The notes: generated by a model from the letters alone, not told the origin. Shown: positions 27,502 through 36,880, numbered from the stretch's first letter. The stretch is DNA of 43,420 bases from an uncultured Bacteroidales bacterium (GCA_902785805.1 CADAAF010000010.1:1-43420); one strand, 5' to 3'. Numbers and translations are program-made.

Positions 27502-27533
27502 TTTGTATATTTCAATTAAAAGTTGTATTTTTG
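27502..27533 (+). promoter_or_regulatory. Bacteroides-type promoter for the small-protein / giant LRR protein operon
   Basis: TTTG at 27502..27505 and TATTTTTG at 27526..27533 with a 20-nt spacer, 30 nt upstream of ATG 27564. Confidence 0.55.
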
Positions 27534-27563
27534 CCGCCTAAAATATGCTAAAAACTATCCAAA

Positions 27564-27953
27564 ATGATTGAACAACGCTGCCGGAGAGTACAATTTGTCA
27601 TTCTTTGGGCTTTGTCTGTGTGCATACCGATGATGGCGGACGGCCCGACTACTTTTGCGACCTACAAACCTATCCCCATGCGCTCCACTTCTGCTATGCC
27701 TTTGGCTACGAACGGTATGGAAGTTGGATGGGATAAGCCAGGAGACTGGGCGGATCCCATTGACGATGGAGACGATGGAGGTGGCTCCGGTGGCTACGAT
27801 AAACCCGGCAACTGGGATGACCCCTATGAGGGAGAGAATCCCGATTTGCCGATAGGAGATGGTCTGCTTCCGCTTTCTCTCTTCCTTGGCGCTTATGCAG
27901 TCATCCTTTCGAGAAAGCGCAAAAACATCTTCCCGCAAACGGAAGAAAAATAA
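27564..27953 (+). CDS. 129-aa acidic Gly/Pro/Asp-rich exported protein with a C-terminal motif-TM-basic (sorting-signal-like) tail
   Basis: N-terminal hydrophobic signal (RRVQFVILWALSVCIPMMA). Duplicated DKPGDWADP / DKPGNWDDP motif (aa 57-65 and 79-87). The C-terminus has LPIGDG (95-100), the hydrophobic stretch LLPLSLFLGAYAVIL (101-115) and SRKRK (116-120). The stop is 54 nt before the giant gene, with no promoter motif in between. Confidence 0.7.
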   Translation: MIEQRCRRVQFVILWALSVCIPMMADGPTTFATYKPIPMRSTSAMPLATNGMEVGWDKPGDWADPIDDGDDGGGSGGYDKPGNWDDPYEGENPDLPIGDGLLPLSLFLGAYAVILSRKRKNIFPQTEEK

Positions 27954-28007
27954 CAAGAATAACCCCTTTGTAAACAATATAATAGAAACTTAATACCTAT
28001 CAATACT

Positions 28008-31000
28008 ATGAAACAACATCTTACTTTTTTCTTGGTGTTAATCTCAACACTTTTTGTAACTTCCCCTGCATGGGCGGATGACGTTTATCTCTCGCAGGAA
28101 CTCACCTTCCGCGCCAATGAGACTACTACGGTTTATCTGACAAAGACTTCCAGTTCTCCTACTGTCTCATTTGCTAACCTTTTCTTGCAGTACAGTACCG
28201 ACGAAGGAGAAACATGGGAAACTTTTACTTCTTCTGCTGCAGGCTCAAAAATAACTATTGAAACAGGCGGCACATTACGCCTGCGCCGCAACCCTGAAAA
28301 TGGTATTAATGCCAACGGATTCGGTTACAATGGTAAGGATGTATATGATCGCCGCTGGTATTTTGTTACATCAGGTGATTACTCTTTGGAAGGCAATATT
28401 ATGTCGTTGGTGGACGGAAATGATTTTGCCACCAATACAACTATTCCGGCTACATATTGTTGTTTCAACAGCCTGTTTATTAACAATACAGCCCTTAAAA
28501 ACATTGACAAACTCCGTCTGCCTGCCACTACTCTGAAAAACCGCTGCTATCGTTCAATGTTTGAGGGATGTACAGGGTTAACCAATATCAGCAATTTCAC
28601 ATTGCCTGATCCAACAACAGCAGACCCATATAGTTACCTGCGCATGTTTTATAACTGTTCAGGACTGACAACTCTGAACGGATTCCGTGTCCCTGACGCT
28701 TTGGGAACCTACGCATGCGAAAGCATGTTCTATGGTTGCACGGGACTGACCAATATCAATGGCATCAATTTCGCTGCAGATACACTTAATAATTATTGCT
28801 ACAGATATATGTTCCAGGCTTGCACGGGACTGACTTCGGTAATGGATACTTTCCGTGTTTCTGTGATTGCGACAAACAGTTGTGACCAGATGTTTTTAGG
28901 TTGTACGAACTTGCGCCAAACACCGGCTATCAAAGCGGATTCGATTGGTACAACAGGTTGTATCAATATGTTCAAAACCTGCGGTACGACAACAGGAACC
29001 GACTCAATGACAGCGGGAGACATCATTGTCAGCAAAGCCATCTACTACCAGGGCTGCCAAACTATGTATGCAGGTAGTACGCGGCTGAAAAACGCTCCCG
29101 CCATTAAAGCAGGCAGAATCTTCGGCACAACGGATAAAAACGGTGGATGCCGGTACATGTTTCAAGATTTGACGGGTATTACTTCCGCAGGTGCAATTAA
29201 CGTTGGCAGATTGGATGCATACGGCTGTAGTTATATGTACACGGGATGCACCAAACTGAAAAGCATACCAAAGATAATAATTGGCGAGTATGGTGGGAGT
29301 TTCCCGATGCAGTATATGTTCAATGCCTGCAGCTCTCTCACTTTCGACAGAGATACGCTCTTCTCCAAAGAACTGGCAAGTTACAACTATTACTACATGT
29401 TCAGCGGCTGCACGGGCATTACCGATGTATCGGAACTGCATTTGGCTGCCGACACGGTTGCACCATACGCCTATAATGGTATGTTCAACGGCTGTTCGGG
29501 CATTACCGATATGTGGGACACACTCAGAATATCGGTTATCGGAGACCGCGCGTGCCAGAATATGTTTCTCGGCTGTACGCATATTAAGCACACTCCGACT
29601 TTAGTTGTGGACTCTATCGGATTGTTAGGCTGTAATGTTATGTTTAAAAACTGCGGTACTGCTACTGCTGCTGCAGACTCTATGACGGCTGGCGACATCA
29701 TCGTTAGCAAAGCCATCTACAATCAGGGCTGTCAGGATATGTTCAACGGAAGCACCAAACTGAAAAAGACACCCAATGTGTATGCCGAGCGTGTTATGAG
29801 TAACAACGCAACGAAGACAGGCGGATGCTATTATATGTTCAACGGATTGGGCAATGTGCCGCGTATGGGTAAGGTGGATATTAACGAGGTTGGTAATTTC
29901 GGCTGCGAATATATGTTCAATGCTTGTTCAAAGTTGAAATCCTCGGATACAATCAGTATCGGTACGCTGGGCTCGAATGGATTGAGTTATGCGTTTACGA
30001 GTTGTTCGGCATTGCCTAAGATGCCGACAATTAAGGTCGATGAGTTGGTGGGTAACCGTAACATGCAGTATATGTTCAATGCTTGCACCTCTCTCACTTT
30101 CGACAACGACACACTGTTCAACAAAGACCTGACAAACTATTGCTACCTCAGTATGTTCACGGGTTGCAACGGACTGACAGATATAGAAGGCTTGCACATT
30201 GCGGCTGATACGCTTGCCCCGTATGCTTGTAACACGATGTTCAGCAGTTGTGCTAACCTGACTTCGGTAAAAGACACACTGCGGTTCAAGGTAATAGGCG
30301 ACCACAGCTGCTTCCAGATGTTCAGTACGTGCAAGAAACTTAACGAAGCACCTGTTATTGTGGCAGATTCAATAGGCGTGGCAGGATGCCAGCAGATGTT
30401 TACAACCTGCTACACGGATGCGTCCGTTGGTTTGGAATCGGCAGGCAATATCATAGTAAACGGAGAGATTTCCTCTTTGGGCCTGAATGATATATACGTG
30501 GGTTGTAACCGTCTGACCACTGCTCCGAGCGTGTTTGCTAAAAGAGTGGGAAGTAACGGGGCTAAGACAACAGGAGGCTGTTACAATATGTTCAACAGCT
30601 TGAAGATTACCAATGCCAACTATATTAAAGTTGATACCATCGATGCCTTCGGCTGCGAACTGATGTATAATAAGTGTGCGTCGCTGGCAACTATGGACAC
30701 CATCATCACCGACTCTGTAGGCACGCAGGGATGCTGGAAGATGTTTGATGGTTGCACTTTGCTCACTCGCGCACCGAAAATAAAAGCCAATATTATTGGT
30801 CCGCAGGGCTTATACCAGATGTACACAGGGCGCACACCGTTTACTTCGTCCGACACAATCTTTGTCCGCCTCATAGGTGAAAATGGCTGCGAACAGATGT
30901 TCAACAGCTGCTCAGGACTGACCAAATTACCTTACATAGCAGCCGACTCCATAGGATTGGCAGGATGCCAGAATATGTTCAAAAGTTGCACCGCATTGGA

Positions 31001-34000
31001 TTTCGATAACGACATACTGCCTTGTAGCAAACTTGGTCCGCAGGCATATAGTTACATCTTCAACGGCTGTAACGGCATCACCGACTTGAGCCAGCTCAAT
31101 CTGCCTGTTACACGCTTGGAGGAAGACTGCTACCAGTTTATGTTCAATAGTTGCTTGGGATTGGTGGATATAAGCACTTTCGTACTGCCCGCAACGGAAA
31201 TAGCACCGGGTGCATACAACAATATGTTCAATGCCTGCACCAATCTGACAACGGCATGGCCGGTATTCAGTACTTCCATTATTGGTGACTACGGCTGCTA
31301 CCGTATGTTCAACGGCTGTATCCGGCTTGACCCGGCACCTGCTATCACCGTCGATTCCATCGGTCCCAACGGCTGTCAGCAGATGTTCATCAATTGCTAT
31401 AACGCCACAACGAAGACCGGTATTCATACCGCAGGCGACATCACTGTAAGCGGCACGGTTGGTGCGCACGGCCTGAACGACATCTATAGCGGCTGCAACT
31501 ACCTGACCACTACTCCGATTCTCACTACAGGCAGCATTATGAGTAATGACGCTGTCAATACAGGCGGTTGCTACCGTATGTTCAACGCACTTACAGGACT
31601 GACATCCGCAGGATATATGCGCGTAGGGACTATCGGCAGTTTCGGCTGCCAGGAGATGTTCCAGGGCTGCACCAATCTTTTGAGCATGGACTCCATAAGA
31701 GTCGATTCGGTTGGAACAAAAGGTTGTTACCAGATGTTCAAAACCAATGCCAAGTTCGCTAATTCACCAAAGATTACAGCGGATGTGATAGGTGAGCAGG
31801 GGTGCTTACAGTTTTGTAACTGCACCACACTGGTCTCCTCTGACACCATACGCGCACGCAAAGTATATCAGGAAGGCTTCCGCGAGATGTTCAATGGTTG
31901 CACCAAACTGGCGGCAAGTCCGTATATTGCTATTGACACCGTAGGAGAAAGCGGTTGCTACCGTATGTTCGGCGGCTGTTGGAAAGATGCCAGCAACGGC
32001 ATACTGACTGCTGACAGCCTTGTCATTGACAAAATAGGTTACGCGGCTTGCGAGAGTATGTTTGAGGGCTGCAAACGCCTCGCAACTATCAACGGTATAA
32101 AGAACACCAAGATGTACGACTACGGTTGCTACAATATGTTCAAGACCTGCACCGCTCTTGTTGACATAAGCGATTTGGCACTCTCCGCACCGATTATGGG
32201 GGCGCACTGCTACGACAATATGTTCAACGGCTGTGCAGCACTGACAACTATTATGCCGCGTATCGAAGTCTCCTACATCGGTGAGCAGAGTTGCTACCAG
32301 ATGTTCAATACTTGTAAGAAACTTGAAGCGGCTCCTGAGATTATAGTGGACTCCATTGGTCGTAGAGGTTGCCAGCAGATGTTCGTCAACTGCTCCACTT
32401 CTGCCACTGTAGGCTTGAATTCGGCTGGTAACATCGTGGTCAATGGCAAGATTGCTCCGCTCGGTCTGAACGATATGTATCTGGGTTGCCAGCGCCTGAC
32501 TACGGCACCGAGTGTCACGGCAGGCAGTATCGAGAGTGACGGTACGGTCAATACCGGCGGCTGCTACCGTATGTTCAACGGTCTTCCCAATCTGACATCC
32601 GCAGGCGACTTGAACGTCGGCACTATTGGCACCCTTGCCTGCCAGCAGATGTTCTACAACTGCGCCAAGTTTGCCCATGCACCGAAGATTACTGCTGACA
32701 TCATTGGCGAATCGGGCTGCTGGCAGATGCTTAACTGCACCACAGCTATTGAGACTGCTGACACCATCCGCGCACGCGAGATACATCAGGAAGGTCTTTG
32801 TGAAATGTTCAGCGGCAGCAAGAAACTAAGCGTCAGTCCGTATATTATTACCGACACCATCGGCTACTTGGGCTGCTACCGTATGTTCAACGGCTGCTAT
32901 ACAGATGCAACGGTAGGCCTCCATAAAGCAGACTCCATCATCGTCAATAACGCTATCGGACGTGAGGGATGTGAAGAGATGTTCCTCGGCTGCCAGCGCA
33001 TGGATACAGCCCGCGCTATCATCACCCCGAGAATACACGAAGCAGGATGTAAGAATATGTTCCAGAACTGCTTCAAGGTAGCCACTACAGCAACCAAACG
33101 CTATTCCGAGGGCTTCGGCAACAGCGGCACGGTGCTGCTTGGCGACTCCGCCTGCCATCAGATGTTTAACACCTGCACTTACCTCGATTCGTGTCCCGAC
33201 CTCCGCTTCTCAACGGTAGGCGCACACGCTTGCAACAAGATGTTCTACCTCTGCAACGGTTTGGATGTCAGTCCCGCTGTCACAGCCGCAAAAGTAAACG
33301 ACTACGGCTTCTACCAGATGTTCAACTTCGCCAATACTGCCAACAATGCTGTTCCTGTCGGCTTCGACCATGCCCGCGACATCAACATAGGCGAAGTGGG
33401 CAACCGTGGATGCTACCAGATGTTCTTCCAATGCCGCAATCTATCGGCTGCTCCTAACCTCACTATCAACAAAGTGGGCGACCACGGCTGCTACCAGATG
33501 TTCCTGAACTCCTATTCGTTCAAGAGTCCCACCTATTACGGTATTGCCTCCATAGGCACCTTCAATATTAACGAAATAGGCTCTTACGGCTGTCAGGAGA
33601 TGTTCAGCGGTTGCCAACGCTTGGAAGCTGCACCTGCCATCACAGCGGTCAGCGTCGGCGCTCACGGTTGCGAGAAGATGTTCTACAACTGTTGGGTCAA
33701 TGCTTCTGTCGGTCTGCAGACTGCCGGAGCTATCACCGCCAACTCGGTTGCCAACTACGGCTACGCAAGCATGTTTGAGGGCTGCAAGCGTCTGACAGGT
33801 GTTCAGAACAATGAAATCAGGTCCGGCTTTGCAAGCGACTATGCTTTCACCAAGATGTTCAACGGTTGTACGTCATTGGAAACGGCTCCTGCACTGCAAG
33901 TGCCCGAACTCGGCAAATACGCCTGCCAGTATATGTTCCTCGGCTGTACGTCTGTAGCTGCTATGCCTGTGCTGCCCGCTATGAAGATTGACGACTACTG

Positions 34001-36650
34001 CTATTCGCACATGTTCGAGGGCTGCACGGCTCTTGCCACTGTCAATCCCTTGGCTGTAACTACGCTCCCCGAAGGCGCATACGAGTATATGTTCAAAGGC
34101 TGTACCTCCATCACGTCAGCGCCTGCTATGGCAGCTACGACCGTCAAACCGAATTGTTACCAGTTTATGTTCAACGGCTGTACACACCTTACTGCTGCGC
34201 CGACTCTGCCTGCCACCAAACTGGCTGTCAACTGCTACAACTCGATGTTTATGGGCTGCTCCGCTCTTCAGACTGCCCCCGTCCTGCCTGCCACCGAACT
34301 GGAGACAGGCTGCTACACGCAGATGTTCAACGGCTGTTCGTCCCTCAACTATATGAAGGTCAACTTCACCGACTGGCGCTACTATGGTGCCACTACCGAC
34401 CCGACCTACAACTGGGTTGCTAGTGTCAGTGGTGTCGGTGATTTCTATTGCCCCGAAGGACTGGATATTATTAAAGACGCACACCATGTGCCCACCAAGT
34501 TTGTCAACCAATCTACTGTTGGCAGCAAACTGATCTTCGATGCCAATACAGGTCAATGGCCAGACGGAACAGATGAACAGGTCACCATCAACCAGTCCGC
34601 CATTGAGGACATACCTCACGCTACTAAGTTGAACTGCGTATTCACCCGTTGGAACACAGAGGCGGATGGCTCCGGCGACGACCTCAACCTCGGTAATCTC
34701 GCGGACGAGGACATCACCTATTACGCGCAGTATCAGGAGATAGGCGTTACTCTCCAGAAGTGGCTTTCCAATGCCATCTTCCTCTCCATCACCGACCTGC
34801 CCGCCACAGTGGTTGCTGCCAGCGTACAGGTTGTTGGAGGCGGTTCGCCCAAGAGTTGCTGGCTGGAGTCCTCCACGGCGGACGAAGGCGTTTACAAGCT
34901 CGTCTTCAACAAGAACGATGTCCGCCTCCATGCAGGTGGTGTGCTTGATGTCACGCTTACGGACGAGGACGAAGTGCCACTTGGTGTGTTCAGCGTACAG
35001 ATTCCGTTCCTCATTTCCGAAAACACCAACTCCTCCTCGTTGGGCAACACAGAGGGCAAGGAGATTTGTGTACTCAGTGGTGCAACTCTCACCTTCAACG
35101 ACAACCGCATTTGCGACAACCTTGTAGTATGCGCTGGCGCGAAAGCCGTTATTCCTGCCGGTTACACGCTCAACACCAACAATATCGTTCTCCGTGGTGG
35201 CGACCTCAACAACGGTACTTACTCTTATACTTCGCCGCAACTCGTCGTGAACGGCTCGATAGTGAATACATCAGGCAAGGTCAATTACCAGTACCTCACC
35301 GGCTTGCAGCAGCAGTACTCACTCTGTCTGCCCGCTGATGTGCGCATTGCCGATGTTACATATCCTGACGGCACACCCGCTATCTTCGGTATAACTGCCT
35401 ACGACGGAGAGAAACGTTCGCAGGGTAAAACAGGTTGGGTGGAGATTTGGGATCCTACCACTATGGACATAGAAGACGCTCCTACACTTGTGGCGGGACG
35501 CGGCTACACCGTCTATGGCGTACCTTCCGAGATTATTGATGGCAAGCGGCGCAACTACTGCTACCTCAACTTCCCGCTCACCATTGACCTCACTTCAGGT
35601 GAAATGCCCGATGCCGACAGCAAGACTGTTTCCGTCAGTCACTTCGGCATGACCGACGGCACACTTGACGCAGGTATTGCACCCAACAACGCCGGTTGGA
35701 ACCTGATTGGTAACCCCTATCTCGCCAACTTCGCCGATGATGATGAAGAAGGCTTCGGTAACGGAGTCATTGGCGAACTGCAGAAGAACGGCAGCGACGA
35801 GTATGAATGGGTCGGCTCTGCACGTTATGTGGTCATTCCCGCTAACAACGGACAGTCCTATCACGCTGAGATGGTAACAGGCACCACCCTGCCTTCCTTC
35901 AAGAACTTCTTCATACAAGTCGGACAAGGCGACGTACTCACGTTTGCCAAAGACGCCCGCGCACAGAACGCACCGGGACGTATGCTGGAAACGCCGAAAG
36001 AAATAATGCTGGGTGTACGCCTTGAGGGTAACGGTACGAACGACCGCATGGCACTCCTCCTCGGCGATAACTTCACCGATGAGTACGAAATCAATGCCGA
36101 TCTTGACAAGTGGAGTACCACATCACAGATGACTGTTGCAGCCACGGTAGGCAAATACAGTCTCGCTGTAGCCGCCATCACCACGAAGCGTAGCGAACAG
36201 CCTGTGGACATGGCTGTCAAAATCATAAAAGACGGTAGCTACACCTTCTCGTTGGCTGAAGAATGGACACGTCGCAGAACAGCTGTCTCGCACCTCTATC
36301 TCTACGACAAAGAGACGGACACCTACACCGACCTGCTCAATGACACCTATACTGTCACTCTGGCAAGCGGCAAGCACAACAACCGCTTCTCGCTCATAAC
36401 CGAGAGAAACACGCTGCCCACTGGCACCGACATTCTCTCTGAAGACGGCATTACTGTCAGCCGCAGTGCCGACGGTCTGTCAATCAGCGGACTTGGCGGA
36501 GATGCTTATGTTACCGTCTATAGTATGACAGGCACATGCCTCTATAGCGCAAAGGCTCCTGGCGACATATACGTACCGCTTGGGCACGGAATATATATCG
36601 TCCGCGTAATAAAAGATAACCAAACCGCTATCTACAAAACAGAATTGTAA
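28008..36650 (+). CDS. Giant (2,880 aa) BspA/DUF285-type leucine-rich-repeat surface protein with a T9SS type A C-terminal sorting domain
   Basis: Signal peptide MKQHLTFFLVLISTLFVTSPAWA. About 1,970 aa of ~25-aa repeats follow, of the form ..G.(Y/G)(G/A)C..MF..C..L...P.I. These are followed by a Listeria-Bacteroides repeat (CVFTRWNTEADGSGDD), a beta-rich module (AGWNLIGNP..., GSYTFSL..., YTVTLASGKHNNRFSLI) and a final ~74 aa (...VTVYSMTGTCLYS...GHGIYIVRVIKDNQTAIYKTEL) typical of the Por_Secre_tail. Confidence 0.9.
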   Translation: MKQHLTFFLVLISTLFVTSPAWADDVYLSQELTFRANETTTVYLTKTSSSPTVSFANLFLQYSTDEGETWETFTSSAAGSKITIETGGTLRLRRNPENGINANGFGYNGKDVYDRRWYFVTSGDYSLEGNIMSLVDGNDFATNTTIPATYCCFNSLFINNTALKNIDKLRLPATTLKNRCYRSMFEGCTGLTNISNFTLPDPTTADPYSYLRMFYNCSGLTTLNGFRVPDALGTYACESMFYGCTGLTNINGINFAADTLNNYCYRYMFQACTGLTSVMDTFRVSVIATNSCDQMFLGCTNLRQTPAIKADSIGTTGCINMFKTCGTTTGTDSMTAGDIIVSKAIYYQGCQTMYAGSTRLKNAPAIKAGRIFGTTDKNGGCRYMFQDLTGITSAGAINVGRLDAYGCSYMYTGCTKLKSIPKIIIGEYGGSFPMQYMFNACSSLTFDRDTLFSKELASYNYYYMFSGCTGITDVSELHLAADTVAPYAYNGMFNGCSGITDMWDTLRISVIGDRACQNMFLGCTHIKHTPTLVVDSIGLLGCNVMFKNCGTATAAADSMTAGDIIVSKAIYNQGCQDMFNGSTKLKKTPNVYAERVMSNNATKTGGCYYMFNGLGNVPRMGKVDINEVGNFGCEYMFNACSKLKSSDTISIGTLGSNGLSYAFTSCSALPKMPTIKVDELVGNRNMQYMFNACTSLTFDNDTLFNKDLTNYCYLSMFTGCNGLTDIEGLHIAADTLAPYACNTMFSSCANLTSVKDTLRFKVIGDHSCFQMFSTCKKLNEAPVIVADSIGVAGCQQMFTTCYTDASVGLESAGNIIVNGEISSLGLNDIYVGCNRLTTAPSVFAKRVGSNGAKTTGGCYNMFNSLKITNANYIKVDTIDAFGCELMYNKCASLATMDTIITDSVGTQGCWKMFDGCTLLTRAPKIKANIIGPQGLYQMYTGRTPFTSSDTIFVRLIGENGCEQMFNSCSGLTKLPYIAADSIGLAGCQNMFKSCTALDFDNDILPCSKLGPQAYSYIFNGCNGITDLSQLNLPVTRLEEDCYQFMFNSCLGLVDISTFVLPATEIAPGAYNNMFNACTNLTTAWPVFSTSIIGDYGCYRMFNGCIRLDPAPAITVDSIGPNGCQQMFINCYNATTKTGIHTAGDITVSGTVGAHGLNDIYSGCNYLTTTPILTTGSIMSNDAVNTGGCYRMFNALTGLTSAGYMRVGTIGSFGCQEMFQGCTNLLSMDSIRVDSVGTKGCYQMFKTNAKFANSPKITADVIGEQGCLQFCNCTTLVSSDTIRARKVYQEGFREMFNGCTKLAASPYIAIDTVGESGCYRMFGGCWKDASNGILTADSLVIDKIGYAACESMFEGCKRLATINGIKNTKMYDYGCYNMFKTCTALVDISDLALSAPIMGAHCYDNMFNGCAALTTIMPRIEVSYIGEQSCYQMFNTCKKLEAAPEIIVDSIGRRGCQQMFVNCSTSATVGLNSAGNIVVNGKIAPLGLNDMYLGCQRLTTAPSVTAGSIESDGTVNTGGCYRMFNGLPNLTSAGDLNVGTIGTLACQQMFYNCAKFAHAPKITADIIGESGCWQMLNCTTAIETADTIRAREIHQEGLCEMFSGSKKLSVSPYIITDTIGYLGCYRMFNGCYTDATVGLHKADSIIVNNAIGREGCEEMFLGCQRMDTARAIITPRIHEAGCKNMFQNCFKVATTATKRYSEGFGNSGTVLLGDSACHQMFNTCTYLDSCPDLRFSTVGAHACNKMFYLCNGLDVSPAVTAAKVNDYGFYQMFNFANTANNAVPVGFDHARDINIGEVGNRGCYQMFFQCRNLSAAPNLTINKVGDHGCYQMFLNSYSFKSPTYYGIASIGTFNINEIGSYGCQEMFSGCQRLEAAPAITAVSVGAHGCEKMFYNCWVNASVGLQTAGAITANSVANYGYASMFEGCKRLTGVQNNEIRSGFASDYAFTKMFNGCTSLETAPALQVPELGKYACQYMFLGCTSVAAMPVLPAMKIDDYCYSHMFEGCTALATVNPLAVTTLPEGAYEYMFKGCTSITSAPAMAATTVKPNCYQFMFNGCTHLTAAPTLPATKLAVNCYNSMFMGCSALQTAPVLPATELETGCYTQMFNGCSSLNYMKVNFTDWRYYGATTDPTYNWVASVSGVGDFYCPEGLDIIKDAHHVPTKFVNQSTVGSKLIFDANTGQWPDGTDEQVTINQSAIEDIPHATKLNCVFTRWNTEADGSGDDLNLGNLADEDITYYAQYQEIGVTLQKWLSNAIFLSITDLPATVVAASVQVVGGGSPKSCWLESSTADEGVYKLVFNKNDVRLHAGGVLDVTLTDEDEVPLGVFSVQIPFLISENTNSSSLGNTEGKEICVLSGATLTFNDNRICDNLVVCAGAKAVIPAGYTLNTNNIVLRGGDLNNGTYSYTSPQLVVNGSIVNTSGKVNYQYLTGLQQQYSLCLPADVRIADVTYPDGTPAIFGITAYDGEKRSQGKTGWVEIWDPTTMDIEDAPTLVAGRGYTVYGVPSEIIDGKRRNYCYLNFPLTIDLTSGEMPDADSKTVSVSHFGMTDGTLDAGIAPNNAGWNLIGNPYLANFADDDEEGFGNGVIGELQKNGSDEYEWVGSARYVVIPANNGQSYHAEMVTGTTLPSFKNFFIQVGQGDVLTFAKDARAQNAPGRMLETPKEIMLGVRLEGNGTNDRMALLLGDNFTDEYEINADLDKWSTTSQMTVAATVGKYSLAVAAITTKRSEQPVDMAVKIIKDGSYTFSLAEEWTRRRTAVSHLYLYDKETDTYTDLLNDTYTVTLASGKHNNRFSLITERNTLPTGTDILSEDGITVSRSADGLSISGLGGDAYVTVYSMTGTCLYSAKAPGDIYVPLGHGIYIVRVIKDNQTAIYKTEL
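28440..34350 (+). repeat. Intragenic LRR array with higher-order modules (coding repeats)
   Basis: The short period is ~25 aa, which gives roughly 75-80 units by length (an estimate). A recurring landmark block, (T/S)AG(D/N)I(I/T/V)V(S/N)..., followed by ...N(N/D/G)..(K/N)T(G)GC(Y/R)(Y/N/R)MF, appears at about 28994, 29679, 30435, 31425 and 32418. That gives super-repeats of ~230-330 aa. The copies differ at many synonymous sites, so the duplications are old. Confidence 0.8.
36426..36647 (+). other. T9SS type A C-terminal sorting domain (CTD) of the giant protein
   Basis: The last 74 aa are TDILSEDGITVSRSADGLSISGLGGDAYVTVYSMTGTCLYSAKAPGDIYVPLGHGIYIVRVIKDNQTAIYKTEL. The G.Y.V.V....K pattern at the extreme C-terminus is the canonical CTD motif. 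Confidence 0.8.
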
Positions 36651-36667
36651 CAGCGGCATCATAACTC

Positions 36668-36707
36668 AGGAAGGGGTGTGTCTCTAATGAGCACACTCCT
36701 TCTTCTT
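36668..36707 (+). terminator. Rho-independent-type terminator after the giant gene
   Basis: 13-bp stem (36668..36680 pairing with 36692..36704, two G.U pairs) with an 11-nt loop. A T-rich 3' arm and tail follow (CTTCTTCTTGG). Confidence 0.6.
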
Positions 36708-36796
36708 GGATGGCAATTATTCACACTTCTTCTATGCTGAAGAAAAAATCACATTGCGCAAACGGCTGGTAAAAATAGAGTAGGAAAAGAAGATGA

Positions 36797-36828
36797 TTTG
36801 CACATATAAAAAAGAAAGCGTACCTTTG
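36797..36828 (+). promoter_or_regulatory. Bacteroides-type promoter for topA
   Basis: TTTG at 36797..36800 and TACCTTTG at 36821..36828 with a 20-nt spacer, 52 nt upstream of ATG 36881. Confidence 0.55.
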
Positions 36829-36880
36829 CCGCCGCTTATTGTACGTTAGCCTGTGGGCGTACGGACGGAAATACAGGAAT

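Noticed and set aside
31806-32786. Long antisense ORFs inside the giant LRR gene: 326 aa here, plus 34116..35240 (374 aa), 29004..29591, 30927..31469 and others.
   Set aside because: They lie entirely within a gene that has a strong, continuous family signature. Their translations are Ala/Val/His/Cys-rich and repeat only because they mirror the sense-strand repeats. No promoter or start context supports them. They are typical shadow ORFs.
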